Sequence record: MT366760.1
DNA length: 64,000 nt
Reading direction: 5' to 3' (one strand)
Of this stretch, positions 57,759-64,000 are shown one piece after another. Within the stretch, counting starts at the first letter, position 1; each line of letters begins with the position of its first letter. A model generated the notes under the pieces. That model saw only the letters and a list, made by a program, of their open reading frames with translations. It was not told where the DNA came from and did not search any database. The translations under genes were made by a program, and so were the position numbers.

Positions 57759-58253
57759 ATGGCATATGACAACGATACAGAAATTGCTGTGACGTCACTC
57801 TTTAAGGGTGACCCATGGCCTGTGGGTAAATGGGTGAAACACACTGATGAAGACGGTGAGGTTGAATCCGTTGAAATTATAGGTTACGACTCACACAAAC
57901 AAATTGTCACCTTGCGTGATGAGAACGGTTGTGTGTTCACCAAAGACCCATTCGATAACTATTGGGTTCATTGTAAACCCATTGATACACCTAGCAAGCC
58001 TCATCAGATTGTTGCTGAAGCATATCTCAAACGATTCAATATCATATTTGCTGATGAAGTGGAAGACCCTGACGACCCTACAGCCGTCCATCATCTAGCG
58101 TGGATGTTACGTCAGATTGTTGATGATTCTTTGTCATCAGATACTAAAGCTAACCGTTGGTTGGGATTCGTTCAAGGTACCCTAGTACTTATGGGACATT
58201 TGGACGTTGAAGAGGAACGGGAAAATACGAGGGGAATATTCAATGGCGCTTAA
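57759..58253 (+). CDS. Hypothetical protein
   Basis: 164 aa; C-terminal KANRWLGFVQG segment. Confidence 0.7.
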   Translation: MAYDNDTEIAVTSLFKGDPWPVGKWVKHTDEDGEVESVEIIGYDSHKQIVTLRDENGCVFTKDPFDNYWVHCKPIDTPSKPHQIVAEAYLKRFNIIFADEVEDPDDPTAVHHLAWMLRQIVDDSLSSDTKANRWLGFVQGTLVLMGHLDVEEERENTRGIFNGA

Positions 58254-58524
58254 AAAATTCACACCTGAACTACTAGAAGCCACACAAGGTCATCGTGGTA
58301 TTGTACTTGGTAAATACATTGACCCTGAGGGAATCAAGGAAACCAAGTCTATTACCGTTGTGGAATTTGTCGAACACAAAAACCCAGATACCCGTGAATG
58401 GCAGAAGTCAGTAGTCTACATTTGTCAAGGTAAAAGGTATAGTCGGACTATCGAAGACTTCTGTAATTGTATGTGGTATGTGTGCAATCATTCTATCCAA
58501 CCTGCAGGACGCGGATTACGTTGA
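58243..58524 (+). CDS. Hypothetical protein
   Basis: Start refined to MALKKF. Confidence 0.6.
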   Translation: MALKKFTPELLEATQGHRGIVLGKYIDPEGIKETKSITVVEFVEHKNPDTREWQKSVVYICQGKRYSRTIEDFCNCMWYVCNHSIQPAGRGLR

Positions 58525-58530
58525 TATCCC

Positions 58531-58560
58531 ACTGACAAACAATTGACATAACGCTGACAA
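58531..58560. promoter_or_regulatory. Triple TGACA (minus-strand TGTCA) at 11-bp period, Pho-box-like
   Basis: TGACA at 58533, 58544 and 58555. Confidence 0.4.
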
Positions 58561-58637
58561 AGCTTATTCAATGGACTGTGAGGTGCCCTCTAATTAGAAT
58601 AGTAACCACCGTTACAATACTTAATTAAATCTTTGAG

Positions 58638-58892
58638 GTGAGCATTATGAAAAAGGGTAATACGATTCGTATTAGAAAAGTGGAAGGTTGTTTGGACGAC
58701 GTAGTCCTACTCGATAGAAAAATCGGGGTTGAGTTTTGCGAATTTCAGGTAAGCGAACTCTGCGACAACTTTTTCAGTTTTCTGTCTAATGCTAACTTTA
58801 CGTCTCTCCGCGTTTCAAAGCAAAGTAGTGACGGTGGTTACTTACCTGAGTTTAATCCAACGGGTATGACGTTGCGAGAGATTCTCAGCTAG
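58638..58892 (+). CDS. Hypothetical protein
   Basis: 84-aa ORF with RBS GAGG. Confidence 0.5.
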   Translation: MSIMKKGNTIRIRKVEGCLDDVVLLDRKIGVEFCEFQVSELCDNFFSFLSNANFTSLRVSKQSSDGGYLPEFNPTGMTLREILS

Positions 58893-58916
58893 TTTTCATG
58901 TCAAAGTTCCTTAAGT

Positions 58917-58952
58917 AGAAACCCAAATTCCTTATGGTTTTTGGGTTTTTTT
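58917..58952 (+). terminator. Intrinsic terminator
   Basis: AGAAACCCAAA...TTTGGGTTTTTT. Confidence 0.7.
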
Positions 58953-59004
58953 ACCTCTAAATAAACTAATTATAAGTGCCCGAAAATAATAAGGAGAGGC
59001 ACAA

Positions 59005-59691
59005 ATGAAATACGTCTATTTCATCTCAGTTGTTCTATTCACCTTACTGAGAAAAGTTGTTGGTCTAGTGGCATTTTGGTTTGCACTCCCATTCAGGGGT
59101 TACGCACGAAATGTCGTGTACAACTATCGACTCAACCACGGCAAATACCTGAAGCGCTTGTGGGAACGTCCTATCCGACTATCCGAAGATATGTCAGTGT
59201 TTATCATTGACCCCTATCACGGGACAGAAGGTGGATTTATACGATGTCGGGATGTATCGCATATTGAGTACTTTTTAGTCTATTGGTTTATCTGGGGTTG
59301 GCTAGATGACGATACGAACTATGACACCATGTGTCTTGGCTTTACAGAGAAGGTCTTGACGGGTGAACACCCTAAAGGTTGGTTTACTAAGCTGTTTAGA
59401 AAACAACTGGAAGGTGCAGTGGTCACGATGACCAATAGCTTGTATGGTAATAGCTTTGATCTGGGCGACAGGCGTGCGTGTGAGCCGCTTTTCAGCTTCC
59501 CCGCTTCACTGCTATGGTTAATGCGTAATACGGCTTACAACTTCAAATACTCGCAATATGAGACACTTGATGAGTCCCGTGTTTTCTACTTCGAAATCTT
59601 CAATCGCGCATTTGGTTGGAAACCCGAAGGAATCATCTGTGGTAGACAAAACTATACATTAGTGTTCTTCGAAACTATTCCTGAAAAATAG
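59005..59691 (+). CDS. Hypothetical membrane-anchored protein
   Basis: N-terminal hydrophobic helix; RBS AGGAGAGG. Confidence 0.7.
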   Translation: MKYVYFISVVLFTLLRKVVGLVAFWFALPFRGYARNVVYNYRLNHGKYLKRLWERPIRLSEDMSVFIIDPYHGTEGGFIRCRDVSHIEYFLVYWFIWGWLDDDTNYDTMCLGFTEKVLTGEHPKGWFTKLFRKQLEGAVVTMTNSLYGNSFDLGDRRACEPLFSFPASLLWLMRNTAYNFKYSQYETLDESRVFYFEIFNRAFGWKPEGIICGRQNYTLVFFETIPEK

Positions 59692-59700
59692 TTTGAAGAC

Positions 59701-59736
59701 TAAAAAACCCCGAACCGAAAGGAACGGGGTTTTATT
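59701..59736. terminator. Bidirectional terminator
   Basis: AAAAAACCCCG..CC-GAAA-GG..CGGGGTTTTATT. Confidence 0.75.
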
Positions 59737-59740
59737 ATCT

Positions 59741-59866
59741 CTAGAATAATAGTATCTTTCTATAGAACAACATGCCTAAGAATGATACGAGTGCAATGGG
59801 TGGATTGGTCAGAGCTATATGCGTTAGTGCCGCTGTACAACCCACAACAATCAGAGTATTCTTCAT
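59741..59866 (-). CDS. 41-aa hydrophobic peptide (not in ORF track)
   Basis: MKNTLIVVGCTAALTHIALTNPPIALVSFLGMLFYRKILLF*; RBS GGAG 5 nt upstream of the ATG. Confidence 0.5.
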   Translation of the reverse strand: MKNTLIVVGCTAALTHIALTNPPIALVSFLGMLFYRKILLF

Positions 59867-59889
59867 AACGACTCCGGTGTATGAGGGAT

Positions 59890-59918
59890 AAAAAGCCACC
59901 CTTTCGAGTGGCTTTGGT
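59890..59918 (-). terminator. Intrinsic terminator
   Basis: AAAGCCAC-(TCGAAAGG)-GTGGCTTTT downstream of the acidic-protein gene. Confidence 0.65.
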
Positions 59919-59938
59919 TTAAGTAGTAACTACTCTAC

Positions 59939-61186
59939 TTAAAGGAACGCCTTGAATGCTTTAGTAGCACGCTTGTTAATCGCTTCATCTTCGATAGCGT
60001 TAACAGCTTTTTCAACTAGCTCTGTCACTTCATCTTCGTCACAGTAGCTACATAGTTCAGCCATCATTGTTAGATCTTTAACACGTGGTGACGTCAAGTC
60101 GATTTCGCTTAGCTCTTTTTCAAGCTTAGTCTTCGCACCTTTCTTACCCTTGATTGGTGCTAGTTCAACGATTTCAGTGTAAAGGTCTTCAAGTGGTGCT
60201 TCGGACTCTTCTTCTTCCGCTTCATCACCGTCTTCCGACTCTTCTTCCGCTTCCGCGTCACTGAACTCCGCTAGGTACTCATCTTCTTCGTACACTTCGT
60301 AGTCGCCATCGTCGCCAACTTCAAGATCCGCTTTCTTAGCGAACTTCTTAAGTGCTGCTTTCAATGAGTTTTCGTACTCTTCCGCATCAATGTAAACGTG
60401 TGAGTAAGTTTCTTCATCGTCCGCACCATTGTGACCGACTACGTTAGGGATATCAGCTTCAGCAAAGCCGTTCTTATCTAGTACCTTGCTCAGCGCTTTA
60501 ACAGCTTCTTCAGCGTCGTCTTCATCTTCGAACACTACGTAAACGAAACCACCGTCTTCTTCCTGCTCAGCTTCAGCTTCAGCTTCGTCGTCGTTTTCAG
60601 CTAGCCAAGCATCTAGTTCTTCTTCGTCCATTTTCTTAGCTTTTTTCTTCTTCAAGCCAAGTTCAATAGCACGCTCGCGCTTCTCATCTTCAGTTAGCTC
60701 TTCTTGCTCAGCCTCAGCGTCGTCAGCTTCTTCTTCGCCTTCTTCCTGAGCATTTAGAGCTTCCCACACTGAATCTTCGCCTTCTTCAAGAATCAGTTTA
60801 ACGATAGCTTTGCGACCTTTGCGACCGTAGTCGATCTCTAGCGCATCCGCCAACGCTTTAACCGCGTCATCTTCAAGCTCCGCGATAGTGTCTTCAAGTG
60901 ACTCTTCTTCGCCTTCTTCCGACTCTTCTTCTTCAGCCGCAGCCTGCTTAGCAGCAATTGCGCTAGCTAGTGAAAGCATCCAGTATGGAGATTTGCCGCC
61001 AACTCGTGTAATAAGCGTTGGCTCCTTGATTTGCTCGGCAGCTTCATCAATAAGCGCCTTTTGCATGGTCAGTGAAACACTAGCACCTTCGAAAGCGAAC
61101 TTACCTTCTTCGTTAGTTTGAGCAACGATTGCAGTAGCTAGAGAAGTAAGTGCAGTTGAGAAAGTTTTCATAGTTTTCATAGTCAT
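59939..61186 (-). CDS. Highly acidic multidomain protein sharing the 15354 repeat module
   Basis: Contains EDEKRERAIELGLKKKKAKKMDEEELDAWLAEN, homologous to the 15354 repeats, and poly-E linkers. Confidence 0.85.
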   Translation of the reverse strand: MTMKTMKTFSTALTSLATAIVAQTNEEGKFAFEGASVSLTMQKALIDEAAEQIKEPTLITRVGGKSPYWMLSLASAIAAKQAAAEEEESEEGEEESLEDTIAELEDDAVKALADALEIDYGRKGRKAIVKLILEEGEDSVWEALNAQEEGEEEADDAEAEQEELTEDEKRERAIELGLKKKKAKKMDEEELDAWLAENDDEAEAEAEQEEDGGFVYVVFEDEDDAEEAVKALSKVLDKNGFAEADIPNVVGHNGADDEETYSHVYIDAEEYENSLKAALKKFAKKADLEVGDDGDYEVYEEDEYLAEFSDAEAEEESEDGDEAEEEESEAPLEDLYTEIVELAPIKGKKGAKTKLEKELSEIDLTSPRVKDLTMMAELCSYCDEDEVTELVEKAVNAIEDEAINKRATKAFKAFL

Positions 61187-61254
61187 GTTCCTTAGTAGTT
61201 ACAAATTCTCGGGCGGAATGCCCTGACTCTGTTGAGCCGTTTTTTCAAAGTTCA

Positions 61255-61288
61255 ATTCCATTATACAGGAATACAAGTGCGCTGTCAA
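61255..61288 (-). promoter_or_regulatory. Consensus sigma70 early promoter
   Basis: TTGACA-N17-TATAAT-GGAA. Confidence 0.85.
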
Positions 61289-61357
61289 CCACTTTTTGTC
61301 AAATACCTCGAAAAACCAGTCAAAACCCCGTTTTTCCACGTATTTTGTGGTGTTCCT

Positions 61358-61398
61358 CACATAATCGGGCACACTCCACGAATATGCCCTGTTATGTG
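61358..61398 (-). repeat. Conserved intergenic hairpin D
   Basis: CACATAA-CA-GGGCAT-loop-GTGCCC-GA-TTATGTG. Confidence 0.7.
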
Positions 61399-61863
61399 TT
61401 AATCCAGTGCGTATAGAGTCTCGTTTACTACTACAATAGCGCGAATCAGCGAATCAATGTCCATATCCTGTGGTAAAACCAGTTCCTGAGCACCGTTCGC
61501 CAACTGTATATGAGTCGTCTCAATATCCTGACGTTTGAAAGCCCCTCTAACGTAGGGTACGAAACTTCTGTACTTGGTGGGTAGCCACTGAACACCGTTG
61601 TCGTCCTCGATTACTCGTACAGACCATCGGATATCGTGTCCGTCCAACCAACCTAGCATATACAATGTACAGTAGCGTTTGTCCTCGAAGTAGTGCTCCA
61701 GACGCGGAAAACGCAGTGTAACGATGACCTTAGAATCATATTTCAGTGCCATTTCGCTATCTGTAATGACATGCGGGATGACTTTAGCCTGCTCATTCTC
61801 CACAGAACGCGTGAACAAGTCCATTAGAGTAGCTGAGATTACAGCTTTAACCGTATTCTTCAT
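61399..61863 (-). CDS. Hypothetical protein
   Basis: Start refined to MKNTV (RBS GAGG). Confidence 0.7.
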   Translation of the reverse strand: MKNTVKAVISATLMDLFTRSVENEQAKVIPHVITDSEMALKYDSKVIVTLRFPRLEHYFEDKRYCTLYMLGWLDGHDIRWSVRVIEDDNGVQWLPTKYRSFVPYVRGAFKRQDIETTHIQLANGAQELVLPQDMDIDSLIRAIVVVNETLYALD

Positions 61864-61895
61864 GAGTGTTTCCTCGTTTATCAATATCCAATTAC

Positions 61896-61930
61896 ACTTC
61901 CATTATACAGGAATCCATGACTACTGTCAA
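61896..61930 (-). promoter_or_regulatory. Consensus sigma70 early promoter
   Basis: TTGACA-N17-TATAAT-GGAAGT. Confidence 0.85.
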
Positions 61931-62153
61931 ATTTAATTTAAAACACCTCAATTTAACTGATAGATCACTCAATAAGCCCCACAGACGACAAATGGCAGCT
62001 ACCGCAGGGTAACCACCATTATTCTAGTCTCTATGGAACAGCCAATACAAGGTGTTATATACCCAATCCATGACCTTACCTAAGCCTACAGCAAAGATAA
62101 CTAGGGCAATTGGCACAAACAGAGCTATTTCACCAACATCGTTACTGCATATC

Positions 62154-62588
62154 TCACTCAACATCGTCGTCGGACTCCTGCATAACCGTGAATTGGACTC
62201 TAATGTTCTCTACAGCAGCATAAGGGACTACAGTTACGTCGAAATGCGCTTGGTAAAAGGGCTTTTCACACTTACCCACTGTCTCTCCCTTTAGAGTTCT
62301 GTATACTACACCACAAAACCCCTTAATAGCTGAACAACGCGAGCCGTAGATATCTACCCATCCCACTTTCTTCCTGCTAGGGACAATAGACCACTCCCGT
62401 ACGTTTAGATCTTCGGATAGTACTCCTAGTCTCTCCCGTACCCATTCTAGCTCCCTGTCGAACGCAATAGGGTCTTCAATCAACCCCACTTCAGCTAAAA
62501 GGCGCTCAGCTTCTAACATCCATCGTCTGTTAGCTAGAAACTCGTTGTTGTTGGTCACTACATGGTGTACGTTAGTCTTATTGGTCAT
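62154..62588 (-). CDS. Hypothetical protein
   Basis: 144-aa ORF with RBS AGGAG. Confidence 0.6.
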   Translation of the reverse strand: MTNKTNVHHVVTNNNEFLANRRWMLEAERLLAEVGLIEDPIAFDRELEWVRERLGVLSEDLNVREWSIVPSRKKVGWVDIYGSRCSAIKGFCGVVYRTLKGETVGKCEKPFYQAHFDVTVVPYAAVENIRVQFTVMQESDDDVE

Positions 62589-63136
62589 GATATGTATCTC
62601 CTGAGTTCAATACGCTTCGTAACAGGTTCCATACAGTCCCTAACCCTGATAGACACGTCTATATACCTTACCCTATACGGCAGAACCATATCCCGAGTAG
62701 AGTCACCCCAAATACCTCTCCATGTGTATATCAACCATCCTTCTACACCGCCCCAAGGACTTCCCATAACCCCAGACCAACCTATATAGGAGTCTTCAGA
62801 GGTCACTACATAGCCGTCTATAGCGCCGTCGTCCTTAAACTTCAGGAGTTGTGCACGTACAGCTCTAGTACTCTCGTCCACTACTCCCCAATTCCCTAGG
62901 GCTTCCCACGTACCTTCCAGTAACTCCGCACAGGACTCTAACCACGCTTCAGCTACAATCCTGTCCATTCTACCTTCTATCCACTTAAGCATAAGACCCA
63001 CCATAGTATACCCACATAGGTCAAGTGGTGCAGCAATTGGTCTAGACCTAGAGCCATCCAAAACTCCCTGTCTGACGGTCGCCAACGCCCACCTAATCTC
63101 GGACTCGCCTTTATCCAGTCTACCACGACGTGACAA
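62585..63136 (-). CDS. Hypothetical protein
   Basis: 183-aa ORF, G/W/R-rich. Confidence 0.5.
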   Translation of the reverse strand: MSRRGRLDKGESEIRWALATVRQGVLDGSRSRPIAAPLDLCGYTMVGLMLKWIEGRMDRIVAEAWLESCAELLEGTWEALGNWGVVDESTRAVRAQLLKFKDDGAIDGYVVTSEDSYIGWSGVMGSPWGGVEGWLIYTWRGIWGDSTRDMVLPYRVRYIDVSIRVRDCMEPVTKRIELRRYIS

Positions 63137-63279
63137 GTAGCGTCCACAAGACCCATAATAACAGCGTCCTCAACCCCGCAGATCGCTAAAACCACTAAAG
63201 TCCCTGACCCGTGTATTGCACCGTGAAGGCATATGGTTAAAAACGCAGATATGTCGCCTCTAGACTTGTCTTCTATCAT
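62977..63279 (-). CDS. DUF3307-like membrane protein
   Basis: LHGAIHG...CHVVVDWIKA...FWMALGLDQLLHHL pattern; overlaps the 62585 ORF, whose start may lie further downstream. Confidence 0.6.
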   Translation of the reverse strand: MIEDKSRGDISAFLTICLHGAIHGSGTLVVLAICGVEDAVIMGLVDATCHVVVDWIKASPRLGGRWRPSDREFWMALGLDQLLHHLTYVGILWWVLCLSG

Positions 63280-64000
63280 CCACGGTCTCTGCCACCAGTA
63301 ATCAGCTATATATCAACCAACAACCCACAGAGGCATATCAGTACCCACTGAGAAGTATATAAATCACCCATATATCAACCATCAACCCCGCTATTATCAT
63401 TCCCCACATTACTCTCCCCATTACGCGTCTCCTCTAGCCTCTGGACAATTAACGACTCGTAAGTAGTCCCTTCAACTAGCCGCCCTATCAGCAACCCCGA
63501 ACCACTGAGACGAATAATCCCGTTTTCCTGAATTATTACTGAACGTTTAATCATCGGACATATATCTCCACCCATCCTCATCCTACTCCTCTTAACTTAT
63601 ATCCCCTGACCCAGAACCCTGACCCAACATAGGCTAAGCGGCAGCGAGATAGTGTATTATCAACATCATTAACATTATTACTAACAACATACTATATTTA
63701 CAATGATATATAAATATACTACTACTGATAGACATATATCTCTGCTAATTGCTTTACTCCCCTCACACGTCCCAGACACCCCTCAAGACCGTCCCGCAGG
63801 GACTATTAGACATACCTCTGGCTATGTGCTCTAGACCCCTCTCTAAAGCCTCAACTAAGAGGTATCAGTGGTAAAAGTTGATCTGGTGTGTAAACTCAGC
63901 GCAAAATTTCATATTTTCACTACAGATCATAATGTACCCTCTACCCCCGACCGATATACCCGTAATCTGACACAATCTGATGTTGAACCCCGTAATCTGA

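Noticed and set aside
63375-63581. 68-aa minus-strand ORF
   Set aside because: It is short, has no recognisable motif and lies in the compositionally skewed end region, so it is not supported enough to list.
1-64000. tRNA, rRNA, CRISPR array, integrase, transposase, intron or intein
   Set aside because: I saw no T-loop/cloverleaf, repeat-spacer, recombinase or splicing motifs. A tRNAscan/Infernal run would be needed to exclude divergent RNAs.
1-64000. Genome-wide stop-codon reassignment, suggested by the UGA at 16110
   Set aside because: Conserved enzymes are full length in code 11, and TGA/TAG end other genes at normal, often coupled, junctions.

Overview
This window is a 64-kb segment of a large lytic dsDNA phage genome, probably a jumbo myovirus of a Gram-negative host (two-component spanins, sigma70 promoters, SixA and PPK1 of proteobacterial type). 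It uses the standard genetic code. Layout: (1) 92-3247, tail-associated genes and a lysis cassette (DUF5675 candidate endolysin, holin, overlapping i-/o-spanins). (2) 3295-21295, replication, recombination and nucleotide genes: DnaG-type primase, Cas4-like exonuclease, SLOG protein, acyl carrier protein, zincin protease, TGT/DpdA-like transglycosylase, SWIM protein, phage sigma factor, gp32-like SSB, RecA/UvsX, NDT-like enzyme, MmcB, dimeric dUTPase and dCMP deaminase. (3) 21494-32926, virion fibre/Ig-like gene cluster including a 1924-aa protein. (4) 33030-40296, Mre11/SbcD, DnaX-like clamp loader, Rad50/SbcC and GNAT. (5) 40439-51633, minus-strand early-type region with host sigma70 promoters, a family of conserved RNase III-like hairpins, SixA, a pyrimidine-dimer glycosylase, a HAD nucleotidase and a full-length polyphosphate kinase (PPK1). 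(6) 51680-59691, NADAR, CYTH, DHH, a Tat-signal protein and hypotheticals. (7) 59741-64000, minus-strand early genes and a poorly coding end. The most notable candidate system is phosphate/polyphosphate-related: an intact PPK1 behind the phage promoter motif TGTAAATA, SixA, CYTH and DHH phosphatases, 11-bp-phased Pho-box-like arrays, and Lys-rich/PASK-like tails on many replication proteins. These suggest, by inference only, a polyP-scaffolded replication compartment. Protein family calls are from motif recognition, not database searches.
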